A DNA stretch of 26,055 nt from Candidatus Bathyarchaeia archaeon (GTDB taxonomy: Archaea; Thermoproteota; Bathyarchaeia; Bathyarchaeales; Bathycorpusculaceae). Positions 16,321 to 26,055 of the stretch are shown piece after piece (the first letter of the stretch is position 1; every line of letters begins with the position of its first letter). The stretch is taken from assembly GCA_050012755.1 (NCBI GenBank), contig JBEKGO010000035.1:1-26055 (forward strand), given 5' to 3'. A model generated the notes under the pieces. The model was not told the origin of the DNA. It was given only the letters and a program-made list of their open reading frames with translations, and did no database searches. The translations under genes were made by a program, and so were the position numbers.

Positions 16321-16440
16321 ACAAGATGACAACATCAACCGTCAATCAACAACCGAGACTCCTGGCTTATACATGGACAATTTTCTTTAAGTAAGCGAAA
16401 TGTAAATACCAATCGCCTATACGTTAGAGACAAGAGCATA

Positions 16441-16695
16441 ATGGATAACATAACAATCATTGGCTTAATCGCCGCAGCCTTTACAACAGTCTCACTTTTT
16501 CCACAATTAATTAAAGTTTGGAAAACAAAATCAACCAAGGATATCTCACGGGGAATGTTCGTGTTTTACTGCGGAGGTGTGCTGTTATGGTTTGTTTATG
16601 GAGTTTTCCGAAACGATTTGGCAATAATTCTTGCTAATTCTTTAGCTTTCATTCAAGCACTCATAATTCTAATGTTTAAGGCAAAATACAAGTAA
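16441..16695 (+). CDS. SemiSWEET (PQ-loop/MtN3) transporter
   Basis: 84 aa, three TM helices, FPQLIKVWKTKSTKDIS, LLWFVYG, IILAN. Confidence 0.92.
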   Translation: MDNITIIGLIAAAFTTVSLFPQLIKVWKTKSTKDISRGMFVFYCGGVLLWFVYGVFRNDLAIILANSLAFIQALIILMFKAKYK

Positions 16696-16721
16696 AACTT
16701 CTTTGCCAATTAGCCGCCACG

Positions 16722-16979
16722 TTAAGTGTGCTCAACCACATCTATTACGTTAACTGCTGAGTTTATCCATCTCAAATAGGCGTTCAACGTCGAACGCAAA
16801 GCAACCGTATCGTCAGCTTCAACGGTTAATAAGAGAAATAAACCGTCTTTTTCCAGTTTCACATTAGCACGTCTTGTTACTGGCGCACATGCTTCCGGCA
16901 TTAAAGCATCAAGAAGTGCTGTCAATTGTTTCTTCGAATTGAACTTTAAAAGTACAGTAGCCTTTGCCCTAATTGCCAT
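16722..16979 (-). CDS. pcc1: KEOPS complex subunit Pcc1
   Basis: ALMPE, LTVEADDTVALRSTLNAYLRWI; located at the end of the exosome superoperon. Start 16979 or 16991. Confidence 0.9.
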   Translation of the reverse strand: MAIRAKATVLLKFNSKKQLTALLDALMPEACAPVTRRANVKLEKDGLFLLLTVEADDTVALRSTLNAYLRWINSAVNVIDVVEHT

Positions 16980-17061
16980 AAAGCATTCCAAATGCTAAAC
17001 GAAGTTCAAAGTAATAAACAAAACATAAGAATAAACAAAAAAGAAATTAAAGAAAAGAGGT

Positions 17062-17397
17062 TTATTCGGTTTCTTCTTCAGTTGCTGCTTCAACAGGTTC
17101 TGCTTCAGCTTTTTCCGCTTCTTTTGTTGCTTCCTCTACCGGCAAACCTTTAGCTGCACGCCTAGCTACAACGCCAAGTTTCGTTGTTGGAGTGTATGCT
17201 CCGCCAGCGAAAGTGAAACTGCACTTACTGCATTTCCAGATGCCGACGCTTTCACGCTTAACTCGTACGAAGCCGCAGTTTGGACATTTATGCGGTCTTT
17301 TGAGCTCAGTTATTACTTTTATGTAGCGTTTCCTAACTGTTGAACCGTAACGTGGTCCTAAGCCTCGAGTTGGACCTACTTTCTTTGTTTTGGGCAC
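17062..17397 (-). CDS. rpl37ae: 50S ribosomal protein L37Ae (eL43) with acidic C-terminal extension
   Basis: GPRYGSTVRKR, CPNC...GIWKCSKC, FAGGAYTP; GTG 17397 preferred because GGTGA lies upstream. Confidence 0.96.
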   Translation of the reverse strand: MPKTKKVGPTRGLGPRYGSTVRKRYIKVITELKRPHKCPNCGFVRVKRESVGIWKCSKCSFTFAGGAYTPTTKLGVVARRAAKGLPVEEATKEAEKAEAEPVEAATEEETE

Positions 17398-17402
17398 TTC
17401 TT

Positions 17403-18194
17403 TCACCAATTAAGCTTTTTTCGTAATTCCGCAGATTTCTCTTGAGCAATCTTTGATGCCTCTAAAATCTGTTGTGGTGTGAAATAGCCTGAGCCGCCTT
17501 TCTGAACTGCGCAAATGTTGTTGTCTTCGTTGATAGCCATTGATATTCTTGAGTCCATAACTTGTTCTTCTTCCGCCCATGGATCAACGATGAGTGTATT
17601 TGCAATTTTTCCCATTGTAACTGTTATTGGGTGGCTTTTCAATGGTAATGGAGTGTATCCTTGTTTCATTTTTAATTCGCCGTCTTTGATTTCGTAGTTA
17701 GGCATCTTAGTGTTCATTATAGCAGACATGGCTGCCAAAGCGGAAGCATCAATTAAGTTTCCGTCGTGATTGAGTACATAGACATCGACAAAGACAACGA
17801 AGACTTTCTTGCCTGGTTCAATGCATAGTTTTTCAGTGTCAATTGCATGTGATTCACGTATGCCTCGGTCTACAACTCTTGCTAATTCAACGGAATCTTC
17901 GTTTGGTGGCCCCGGCTCGAAATTCGGTGAAGCCAACGGAACAAGCTCAGCGTTAACAGTCATTACTCCATCATTAGGTGTGTCTGGGAACGGTTCTCCT
18001 GTTTCTACTTTTACTCCGCAGAGAACATCTGTTTTGCCAAGCAAAACTCTTGCAGAACCCTCAGCGCGTTCAATTAATCCTTGCTCAATTTTAATAGGCC
18101 GGTAATCATGTAAGCCTCTTTGATCTAGGCGTTTTCCTTTTGCAATAAGCTCTTCAATCTGTTTTAGTTTTACTCGTGTTACAAGTGATGACAT
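17403..18194 (-). CDS. rrp42: Exosome complex component Rrp42
   Basis: PFPDTPNDG, FEPGPPNEDSVELARVVDRGIRES, HDGNLIDA. Confidence 0.97.
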   Translation of the reverse strand: MSSLVTRVKLKQIEELIAKGKRLDQRGLHDYRPIKIEQGLIERAEGSARVLLGKTDVLCGVKVETGEPFPDTPNDGVMTVNAELVPLASPNFEPGPPNEDSVELARVVDRGIRESHAIDTEKLCIEPGKKVFVVFVDVYVLNHDGNLIDASALAAMSAIMNTKMPNYEIKDGELKMKQGYTPLPLKSHPITVTMGKIANTLIVDPWAEEEQVMDSRISMAINEDNNICAVQKGGSGYFTPQQILEASKIAQEKSAELRKKLNW

Positions 18195-18931
18195 TACTCT
18201 TCACTCTCCTCTTTAACAACCATGTATTTTGTTTTTAATGCTTCTTTCTGCATTTCATAGATTTTTTTGCATCCATCAATTGCCATGTTCATTGCCTTCT
18301 CAAATTCTTCAGGTGTAAGTATTCCATCCATTTGAAGTAACGTCACTGCATTCATGCTGGGCATATAAGCTATTGGAACATCAGCTGCACCAAGTTTGTC
18401 TTCAGCATCATAGAGGTCTAAGACAACGGTGTCATCAACTTTTCCTGCGGCGCAACCAACTACTAAGTCACGCATTGGAACCCCAGCGTCAGCAAGGGCT
18501 AGGGCAGCAGCGGTGATGCTTGCACATCTTGTTCCGCCATCAGCTTGCAATATTTCAACATATAAGTCTACGCCTGTTCGCGGATAAAGATCCAAGAATA
18601 ATGCGGGTTCTAAACATTCTTTTATGACTTTGGAGAGTTCTACTTCTCTTCTTGAAGGTGCTGGTGACTTGCGTTCCTGAACTGAAAATGGTGCCATGTG
18701 ATAGCGGCATCGCAAAACCATTTTGTCTGGTTGAGACAAATGCTTAGGATGCATTTCTCTTGGACCAAATGCTGCGGCTAGAATCTTGTTTTTTCCATGT
18801 TCAATATAGGCTGATCCATCAGCGTTTGGTAAAACGCCGACTTGAAGCTTTACGGGCCGAAGTTCATCGGCTTTTCTGCCATCTAATCTTATACCTTTTT
18901 TATCAATTAGTTTCTCTGGTTTTTCATTCAT
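18194..18931 (-). CDS. rrp41: Exosome complex exonuclease Rrp41
   Basis: [40 protein letters not shown]. Confidence 0.97.
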   Translation of the reverse strand: MNEKPEKLIDKKGIRLDGRKADELRPVKLQVGVLPNADGSAYIEHGKNKILAAAFGPREMHPKHLSQPDKMVLRCRYHMAPFSVQERKSPAPSRREVELSKVIKECLEPALFLDLYPRTGVDLYVEILQADGGTRCASITAAALALADAGVPMRDLVVGCAAGKVDDTVVLDLYDAEDKLGAADVPIAYMPSMNAVTLLQMDGILTPEEFEKAMNMAIDGCKKIYEMQKEALKTKYMVVKEESEE

Positions 18932-19634
18932 TCTTATTTTCCTCCATTTTAACCTTACTTTCTTTAAGCAACTGTGTAATGCGGTCTGTTAGCCCACTTG
19001 TGTGGGATTCGTCCTCAATCTTTTTGATTGCCGTTATGGCAAGTTCTTCATCTTCAAGTGTTTTCCCAGTAACCAAGACAACACCGTTTAACCCCAAAAT
19101 TATTTGGCAACCTGTTTCCTGCTTAATCATAGATATCATTGAGCCTTTTCTGCCGATTATCCGAGGTATCTTTGTAGGGGTTACATGAAGAATTTGTCCA
19201 CGAGTTATCTTTCCTAACCCTGGCTCCCCAACAGTGAGCTGAGGGTCATGTGCCCTATCGTAGGAAGCGATTTTTGCAACAATTAAATCGCCAGCATTAA
19301 GAACTGCTGATAACTCGTCGTTTTGAGGCTTGAAGGGTCTGCTTAAAACGTCAGATGCACGTAGGAGTGCTGTATAGGGTGCTTTAATGTCAACGGTCCA
19401 ACCGTTAAATCCAACTTCCACGACCGTTCCGATTATGATGTCACCCATTTTTGGCACATAAAAAGCCCGAAGTGCAACAACGTTAACTTTTTTATTATCT
19501 GTATCTACAAGCCCAATTCTTGAGGAGTAGATCTTATTCTGTTCCATGTATGTATTTTCGCCAGGTAAATATTCGCCTTCAGCAAGCATTTCTCCCGGCG
19601 TTACGAGCTGTTTCTTTTCAAAGAATATTGGCAT
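18924..19634 (-). CDS. rrp4: Exosome RNA-binding protein Rrp4
   Basis: [16 protein letters not shown] (S1), [13 protein letters not shown] (KH), [10 protein letters not shown]; ATG 19634 follows GGTGA (alternative start 19646). Confidence 0.96.
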   Translation of the reverse strand: MPIFFEKKQLVTPGEMLAEGEYLPGENTYMEQNKIYSSRIGLVDTDNKKVNVVALRAFYVPKMGDIIIGTVVEVGFNGWTVDIKAPYTALLRASDVLSRPFKPQNDELSAVLNAGDLIVAKIASYDRAHDPQLTVGEPGLGKITRGQILHVTPTKIPRIIGRKGSMISMIKQETGCQIILGLNGVVLVTGKTLEDEELAITAIKKIEDESHTSGLTDRITQLLKESKVKMEENKNE

Positions 19635-19658
19635 AAATTTCACCATCCAAATTTATTT

Positions 19659-20348
19659 TTAAGAGATTATTTTTGCTTCTCCATTTCCTTTAGTTACGTC
19701 GCCAAGTTTGTTTAGCAACGAGGCGTATGATCCAGCAGGCAATTCAATTTCGCCATACCATGAACCATCTCCACGCCATTCTTCACGTTTAATAGTGCCC
19801 AAAGTTTTAACTGTTCCGTAAGCTCTTGCAGAATATTGAGCTGGAATTTTGACTGCAACTGTTACTTGCTCGATCTTTAAGGGCAAAATTGGCCGTAGCA
19901 ATTTCACTATGTCTTTAGCTTGTTCTTCCACTGGCTTATACGGATCGATTGGATAGCGGATTTGTTCCATGGCATTTTCGATTCGCATTGGAGGATGAGG
20001 CAGATTTGTTTTTGGGTCAACGGCTTGTCTTGAAATAAAGTCAATTACTTGGCGTCTTTTGTCTTCAACCATTTTGCGTCTTTGTTCAGTGGTAAGTTGA
20101 AGGGTACCTTTTTTCAGGATCAAATCGGCGATTTTTAAGGGATCTGTTGTTCCGAAGGCTTTATTCATTGCTTCTTCGGAAACTTTGGTGCCTTTATTTG
20201 CATCTGAAAAAATTATTTCAGCAGCTAAAACTTCGGTGATTCCCGAGATTTTGCCATTTCGGTATTCAAGGGCTTTTTGAGGTTTTACTAGAATTTCGAA
20301 GTGTTCGTTTTCTTTTGTTAGGCGTGCGACGGTGAACTTTTCACTCAT
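19659..20348 (-). CDS. Ribosome maturation factor SBDS/Sdo1
   Basis: HFEILV, IFSDANKG, LQLTTEQRRKM, PHPPMRIENAM. Confidence 0.96.
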   Translation of the reverse strand: MSEKFTVARLTKENEHFEILVKPQKALEYRNGKISGITEVLAAEIIFSDANKGTKVSEEAMNKAFGTTDPLKIADLILKKGTLQLTTEQRRKMVEDKRRQVIDFISRQAVDPKTNLPHPPMRIENAMEQIRYPIDPYKPVEEQAKDIVKLLRPILPLKIEQVTVAVKIPAQYSARAYGTVKTLGTIKREEWRGDGSWYGEIELPAGSYASLLNKLGDVTKGNGEAKIIS

Positions 20349-20355
20349 CGAGTTT

Positions 20356-21084
20356 TCACTTGCTTGAACCCAGCTCTTTGATGTAGCCTTCTACGCTTTC
20401 GTCGCTTAACATTTCCATTTTCTTGGTTGTTACTGGTATCACTGCAATCTTTATTCTCGGTGGCAACTGTCTTGCTTCAAGAGCTTTCACTAAACATTTT
20501 ACTGTGAGCTTTATGCTTTTGTCTAAGGTCAAGTCTTCATTGTATTCGTCTTTTAGAATCGATAGGACGGTTTCTCTTCCTGCGCCTAATGCTGTCGCTT
20601 TGTATCCTCTGTATGTTCCGCTTGGATGCGTGCCGAAAACTCTCGTTCCTGTTTTGTCGACTCCTCCGAAAATTATTGAAACTCCGAAGGGTCTTACACC
20701 TGCATGTTGCGTGTACATTTGCTGGATGTCGCATATTCGTTTAGTTACGACTTCTACATCGATGGGCTCATCGTAAGTTAGCTTGTTACTTTGAGCGTAA
20801 ATTCTTGCTTGATCAATTAGTATTCGGGCGTCTGAACTTAAACCAACAATTGCCGCGCCTATATGGTCATCTACCCTAAAGATTTTCCATGAGTAACCTG
20901 CTTCTTCCAGAACCTCAATGTTCTCTTCTGAACCAAGCACTAAACCTTCTGGAGATTGGATACCTATAATGGTGGCTCCACGGTTCACTAATTCCATGGC
21001 GTATTCGACTTGGAAAAGCCTTCCATCAGGTGAGAAAACGGTTATTGCACGGTCATAAGCTCCTGGGGCTGCAAACACTGACAT
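20356..21084 (-). CDS. psmA: Proteasome subunit alpha
   Basis: YDRAITVFSPDGRLFQVEYA, YTQHAGVRPFGVS. Confidence 0.98.
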   Translation of the reverse strand: MSVFAAPGAYDRAITVFSPDGRLFQVEYAMELVNRGATIIGIQSPEGLVLGSEENIEVLEEAGYSWKIFRVDDHIGAAIVGLSSDARILIDQARIYAQSNKLTYDEPIDVEVVTKRICDIQQMYTQHAGVRPFGVSIIFGGVDKTGTRVFGTHPSGTYRGYKATALGAGRETVLSILKDEYNEDLTLDKSIKLTVKCLVKALEARQLPPRIKIAVIPVTTKKMEMLSDESVEGYIKELGSSK

Positions 21085-21308
21085 AATGTTAACCTCACTT
21101 TACCACTATACACTTTTCACAGTCTCATACAATAACTACACTAAAAACCTTTCCTCTTACCAATAAACTTCATTTCCAAATGCTACAGGAGCGTTTTGTT
21201 TATTTTGATGTTGTAAACCGTTAAAATCCTCTTTCTTGTTCATAAATGATATTTATAGCTTGGCACATCAATACTCTCTCAATATTTTCCTAAAGGGCGA
21301 AGGCAAAA

Positions 21309-21980
21309 GTGACAGGTGAAACTGAAGCTACAACGGTCTTGCAAACTTTAAAGAACAGCCTAGCCACACCAAAATTGGTTAAACCGAAAAACGACCCATT
21401 TGAAACCTTAATTGTAACAATTATTTCACAAAACACCGCTGACACCAACACCGAGCGAGCCTTCGAAAACCTTTCGAAGCAATTCAAAATAACACCTCAA
21501 GCATTATCAAATGCAGAAACAAACAAGATTGAGGCATGCCTTCACGTTGGCGGGCTCTACAAAAACAAAGCCAAAACAATAAAAAATGTGGCAAAAATTG
21601 TTCTCAAAAAATTTGGCGGCTCGCTAGACCCTATTTTATCTCTGCCTTTAGATGAAGCAAGAAAGATATTGATGGAATTACCAGGAATTGGCCCAAAAAC
21701 CGCCGATGTTGTCTTGCTTTTCTCAGCAGACCAGCCCACCATTCCTGTTGATACCCACGTGAATCGCGTGGCGAAGCGGCTTGGTTTTGCACCTACAAAT
21801 GGCGATTACGAAGAGGTACGTTTGAGCCTTCAGAAGCTTTTTGACCAGAAAGATTACCTGGATGTTCATTTGCTTTTGATTGCGCTTGGCAGAAAATACT
21901 GCAAAGCTGGGATACCGCATTGCATAGAGTGCCCAGTGAAAATTTATTGTCCGTCAAAGAGTTTAGGGGATAAAAAATGA
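21309..21980 (+). CDS. nth: Endonuclease III (HhH-GPD glycosylase/AP lyase, [4Fe-4S])
   Basis: DPFETLIVTIISQNT, LPGIGPKTAD (catalytic Lys), VDTHV, C-x6-C-x2-C-x5-C; TTTATAG box at 21252-21258. Confidence 0.95.
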   Translation: MTGETEATTVLQTLKNSLATPKLVKPKNDPFETLIVTIISQNTADTNTERAFENLSKQFKITPQALSNAETNKIEACLHVGGLYKNKAKTIKNVAKIVLKKFGGSLDPILSLPLDEARKILMELPGIGPKTADVVLLFSADQPTIPVDTHVNRVAKRLGFAPTNGDYEEVRLSLQKLFDQKDYLDVHLLLIALGRKYCKAGIPHCIECPVKIYCPSKSLGDKK

Positions 21981-23911
21981 TTGAGCTACCCTCCGCTGTT
22001 GCAAAGTATTTTCCCTACTCTAACGTGCGGCCTTATCAAGATGAGTTTATCTCCAACGTCTTTAATGCTGTTCGCGAAAGGCGTTCAATTCTTATCGAAG
22101 GAAGCAATGGTTTAGGAAAAACAATCTCAGCCCTTTCTGCTTGCATCCCTGTGGCTATGGAGAAAAAGTTGAAGATACTCTATGTGGCGAGAACTCATAG
22201 GCAACATGATCGTGTAATAGAAGAGTTAAAAGCCATTCATAGGCAGCAGCCAGTTACAGGAGTTTCCATTCGCGGACGCAATGAAATGTGCCTTAACGTT
22301 TTCGCGGCTCGAGGCGCTTTTGACTCAAAATCCTTGATGGAAGTTTGCGAGTTACTGAAGGCAAAAAGCAGGTGTCCTTATTACACCCATGTTGATGAGC
22401 GAACCTACGAGTACATTCAACTTCAACAACAGGTGGCCGTTCGCCCATACATGGCATCTGAAATCTTATCAATATGCAGGAAAAAAGAAATTTGCCCATA
22501 CGAGCTCGTAAAATCGGCTCTATCAGATGCCCGAGTGGTTGCTTTAAGCTACCTCTACGTTTTCGATCCTCAGATTCGAAATGCTTTTCTGAAAAGCATG
22601 GAGACAGACCTGCAAAAAATAATTCTAATAGTTGACGAAGCCCATAACTTACCTGAGACAGCTATTGACATTTCAGGTAGCACGTTATCGCTTTTTGTGA
22701 TGAAGCAAGCAGAAATTGAAGCTAAAAGATTTGGCAACAAAGACATTGAAGCTTTTGCACAATTTTTTAGATTTGAAGTTGAAAAACTAACCGACCATGT
22801 TTACCGAGAAGAAATAATATCGGCTGACCAAATTATTGAAATCATTCAAAAACAGGGTAACATCTCTCATCCAAGAGAATTTTTCCAAGACATGCATGAA
22901 GCAGGTGGCGCTATCAAGAAGAGTTTATTGGCAGAAGGAAAAAATCCACGTTCCTACGTTCATGCAATGAGCGAGTTCTTGCTCAAATTTCTGGATACCG
23001 AAGGAGATAACGCATTCATTAACGTTGCAAGCCGCTATCTCAACAAAGAGAAAAATAAAACCGCAAAACTTCAGATAGTTGCTTTGGATCCTGCGAAAGT
23101 CACAGAGCCAGTTTTCTCTTCAACTTATGCTAACGTTATTATGTCCGGCACACTTCAGCCCCTGGAAGCATACGCGCGAATAACAAAATTGCCGCAAAAC
23201 ACCGTAAGATGTATTGTACCTTCTCCGTTTCCAAAGGAACATGTGTTTTCAGCGGTTTGTCTTGGCGTTACCACCGCAATGGAAAAAAGAACACCAGCAA
23301 TGTACCAAACAATGATAGAGCGAATAAATGAGGTAGCAGAGAATACTCCCACTAATACAGGAATTTTCGCCGCTTCATTTGAAGTACTAAACGCCCTGCT
23401 AACCGAAGGCATAGAGAATACTGTTCAGAAACCGCTTTTCCATGAGAGAAGAGGAATGACTTCTAAAGCAAACGAGAAAATGGTTTCAGATTTTAAAGCA
23501 TGCGGGGGCAAAGGCGGCGCCGTTTTCCTCGGCGTTCAGGGGGGAAGAACCTCGGAGGGTGTGGATTTTCCAGGCAACCAAATGAACTCGGTAATTGTTG
23601 TAGGTGTTCCTTATGCGGAACCGACGCCAAGAGTGAAAGCACAGATTGAATATTACGATAAATGTTTTCCTGGACTTGGACGAGAATACGGCTATGTTTT
23701 GCCAGCAATGAAAAAAGCGTCACAGGCAGCAGGCAGACCCATAAGAACACTGGAAGACCGAGGTGCCATAGTCTTTTTGGACTATCGTTTCTCCACAAGC
23801 TACTGCAGAAGCTTCTTGCCGTCGTGGATAAGCAATGGAATGAAAACACTGCCGAACGAAAAAAATGTTTTAGGCAAAGAAATTAGAGATTTCTTCAAAA
23901 ATCAATCTTGA
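21977..23911 (+). CDS. xpd: XPD/Rad3-family Fe-S DNA helicase
   Basis: RPYQ Q motif, GSNGLGKT, Cys cluster, DEAHNL, MSGTL, SEGVDF, QAAGRPIR; ATGA overlap with nth. Confidence 0.93.
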   Translation: MIELPSAVAKYFPYSNVRPYQDEFISNVFNAVRERRSILIEGSNGLGKTISALSACIPVAMEKKLKILYVARTHRQHDRVIEELKAIHRQQPVTGVSIRGRNEMCLNVFAARGAFDSKSLMEVCELLKAKSRCPYYTHVDERTYEYIQLQQQVAVRPYMASEILSICRKKEICPYELVKSALSDARVVALSYLYVFDPQIRNAFLKSMETDLQKIILIVDEAHNLPETAIDISGSTLSLFVMKQAEIEAKRFGNKDIEAFAQFFRFEVEKLTDHVYREEIISADQIIEIIQKQGNISHPREFFQDMHEAGGAIKKSLLAEGKNPRSYVHAMSEFLLKFLDTEGDNAFINVASRYLNKEKNKTAKLQIVALDPAKVTEPVFSSTYANVIMSGTLQPLEAYARITKLPQNTVRCIVPSPFPKEHVFSAVCLGVTTAMEKRTPAMYQTMIERINEVAENTPTNTGIFAASFEVLNALLTEGIENTVQKPLFHERRGMTSKANEKMVSDFKACGGKGGAVFLGVQGGRTSEGVDFPGNQMNSVIVVGVPYAEPTPRVKAQIEYYDKCFPGLGREYGYVLPAMKKASQAAGRPIRTLEDRGAIVFLDYRFSTSYCRSFLPSWISNGMKTLPNEKNVLGKEIRDFFKNQS

Positions 23912-24993
23912 ATTTCCTGCAATTTCATGTTTAATGAAACTTTTCCGATAACAAGTCTATTAGGTTTTGCTGAAACTGAGGTTTGAACTTTCAGCGCTTT
24001 TCTAACAAAGTTGATTTCTCGCAACACGCCGATTCCTAAGAATCTGTTTTTTGAACCGTATAGCCCGACCAGCAGTCCTTCTTCTGGCTCTTGACGATTG
24101 GGAACACCATTCTTTGGTTCGATTGTCAGTTGGGTCATGGGGTAATTCTGCATCTTGGCGTCCTTGAGGTATCTTGCATAAGTCATTTCTCGCAAGCTTT
24201 TGCGTTTTTCAGGGCTTCTTTGACTGAGTGAAGAAGATGGCTCAACCATAATTATTGGGGTTGATTCGATGTTAGCGACAAGCGCGTCAAGTTCATCCGC
24301 TTGTGGCAAGCCGACTATGAGATCAGGTTTTAGTTCTTTAATTAATGCGGTTTTGTATCTTATCGCAATATCGCCTGTGACCCAACCGTCAGTGTTAACC
24401 ACTACGAAATCGACTGGTCGCTCTAGAATCTGAGCTTTCAGTGCTGTTAAGCCTTCAATAGTTTTAGCTGTAGCCTTAATTGGCGAAGTGACACCTACAA
24501 AAAAAGCATTCTCCAACTTCAAATCGTACAATTCCGTCAGCGGTTTTGAAGTCAAAGCATAACCCACGGTTCCTGATGGACCTATGTCTGATTGGCCTAA
24601 ATCCCCATCCAAAACAGCAACTCTGCATTTTCCGTCAACCAACTTGTTTACTAAGTAAGTACAATAACTGCTTTTTCCTGAATCAATTTTTCCCAAAATC
24701 AAAATAACCATGGGCTTTTTTTGGGCGCTTAAAATTGCGTCTATAGGTTTATTCCATGATTGGGGTATAGTGCTTCTGCCAATAACTTGATCGATGCTTG
24801 CGTTACCCCCTAACGAAATGTCAAAGACTGCTTTTTCGTTTACAAAGAAGGGCAAACGTTTTCCTTCACGAACTAAGACTCTTTTCATTTCCTTTACCGG
24901 CGCGCCGAAAACTTCAACTTTGCCAGAAACAAGCCGCACTGATGCTGGACCATCAACTAGTAGCGTGTTATTAGATTCGACTGCCTGTTGCAA
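23902..24993 (-). CDS. Clp1/Grc3-family polynucleotide 5'-hydroxyl kinase
   Basis: N-terminal beta domain LLVDGPASV, GKIDSGKSS, DGDLGQSDIGP, VNTDGW. Confidence 0.9.
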   Translation of the reverse strand: MQQAVESNNTLLVDGPASVRLVSGKVEVFGAPVKEMKRVLVREGKRLPFFVNEKAVFDISLGGNASIDQVIGRSTIPQSWNKPIDAILSAQKKPMVILILGKIDSGKSSYCTYLVNKLVDGKCRVAVLDGDLGQSDIGPSGTVGYALTSKPLTELYDLKLENAFFVGVTSPIKATAKTIEGLTALKAQILERPVDFVVVNTDGWVTGDIAIRYKTALIKELKPDLIVGLPQADELDALVANIESTPIIMVEPSSSLSQRSPEKRKSLREMTYARYLKDAKMQNYPMTQLTIEPKNGVPNRQEPEEGLLVGLYGSKNRFLGIGVLREINFVRKALKVQTSVSAKPNRLVIGKVSLNMKLQEIQD

Positions 24994-25624
24994 GTGTCTT
25001 TCTCCTTGGAAAAATATAGCCTGTTCGAGCAGCTATCCTCTTGGCTGAAGAAATGTGTCTGATTCCTCGGCTTCGTCTATTCTCTTTTAAGGGTCTGTTA
25101 GTTCCTGCTTCACTTACCACATTCAATTCCACTTTTTGCGGTAGCTCATCATCTAGTGCTTCAATTAAATCTTTGTAGATTGGAACACCGTTTCCAATCT
25201 TAACAGAAACATTTGTTATTGAAAAATCAACATTTCTTATCGTTTTATTTATGGCATCAATCAGTTCTTTTGTGCTAAAACAGTTGCTTTCTTCGATTAC
25301 TTTTCCATCGGCGATTGCTGCAAATCCAATTGCTTCACCTGGATCGACGCCCATAACTATTTTTTCATAGGCTTCTTTACCTTGAAGCGTTTTCTCTACT
25401 TCGTTTACTAGAATATCAAGCTCATTCTCGCCTGAAAAAACCAAGATTTTTTCATGTCTTATTAAGAGCTTTTCCCCTTCAGTGGTTATGACAACTTTTA
25501 CTTCGGCGGGCACTGAATCGCCTGGAACCAAACTTGCGAAAGGGATATTTCGTTCTCGTAGCAGGTTAACAATTAGAAAATATGCTTTCCCTTCTACCGT
25601 TGCAACTGCAACTTTTTCTTTCAC
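24971..25624 (-). CDS. Hypothetical protein with C-terminal RNase H-like (YqgF/RuvX-like) domain
   Basis: IVMGVDPGEAIGFA, VKIGNG, VSEAGT, HISSAKRIA. Confidence 0.72.
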   Translation of the reverse strand: MKEKVAVATVEGKAYFLIVNLLRERNIPFASLVPGDSVPAEVKVVITTEGEKLLIRHEKILVFSGENELDILVNEVEKTLQGKEAYEKIVMGVDPGEAIGFAAIADGKVIEESNCFSTKELIDAINKTIRNVDFSITNVSVKIGNGVPIYKDLIEALDDELPQKVELNVVSEAGTNRPLKENRRSRGIRHISSAKRIAARTGYIFPRRKTLATGSRI

Positions 25625-25702
25625 TAAATCAAACCTTAATAGTATACGTTTAAGTGCAAAAACATTACTAGATTCAGGTTTATAATGTTGACGTGAAAAA
25701 CC

Positions 25703-26055
25703 TTGACTAGAATAAGCACCGGCTGCAGATGCGTCGATAACAATCTTGGCGGAGGCATTTTACCAGACAGTGTCAGTCTAATTTATGGTGAGCCGGAAAC
25801 TGGAAAAACAACCCTTGCCATCCAATGTGCCGTCAGTTGTGGATTACAAAATCATAAAACGCTTTTTGTTGACTGCGACAACACATTTTCAACCAAAAGG
25901 CTTTCGCAGCTTTCCGGAGAGAAATTCGACCAGGTTGCTGAGCAAATTATTTTAATTAAACCAAAAGATTTCAAAGAGCAAACGGCAGTGGTAGATCGCA
26001 TTCAAGATTATACTGCAAAAAATTTCGGGTTAGTTGTAATTGATACGTTTACTTC
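25703..26055 (+). CDS. radB: RecA-superfamily ATPase, RadB-like; runs off the window
   Basis: Manual translation from TTG: MTRISTGCRCVDNNLGGGI...IYGEPETGKTTLA (Walker A)...FVDCD...GLVVIDTFT (Walker B). Lacks the RadA N-terminal HhH domain. Confidence 0.85.
   Translation, partial: MTRISTGCRCVDNNLGGGILPDSVSLIYGEPETGKTTLAIQCAVSCGLQNHKTLFVDCDNTFSTKRLSQLSGEKFDQVAEQIILIKPKDFKEQTAVVDRIQDYTAKNFGLVVIDTFT

Noticed and set aside
863-25685. Remaining short antisense or out-of-frame track ORFs (e.g. 4770..5081, 13518..13922, 15424..15912, 18760..19188)
   Set aside because: Shadow frames of well-supported genes, with no independent motifs.

Overview
Archaeal chromosomal window, inferred to be from a TACK archaeon and most likely Ca. 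Bathyarchaeia (gene content, GGAGG/GAGGT/GGTGA ribosome-binding sites, frequent TTG/GTG starts, PEF-CTERM surface proteins). The left accessory half (1-12.3 kb) holds the 5' end of an MgtA-like P-type ATPase, a soluble protein of three tandem CDF C-terminal domains, a GC-rich structured non-coding element, a transporter remnant, a VapBC pair, an AbrB-PhoU regulator divergent from a five-gene archaeal-type glutamate synthase operon led by an unannotated small ORF, and two surface proteins. The right core half holds the S13-S4-S11-rpoD-L18e-L13-S9-rpoN cluster, SemiSWEET, the psmA-SBDS-rrp4-rrp41-rrp42-L37Ae-pcc1 superoperon, nth-XPD, a YqgF-like/Clp1 pair and the start of radB. I found no tRNA, rRNA, CRISPR array or transposase. 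Best leads: a possible metal-sensing unit (two-fold RNA, then 3xCDF-CTD, then MgtA-like ATPase), the small leader ORF of the glutamate synthase operon, and a CTG start for ribosomal protein S11. All family calls come from motif recognition by eye; no searches were run.
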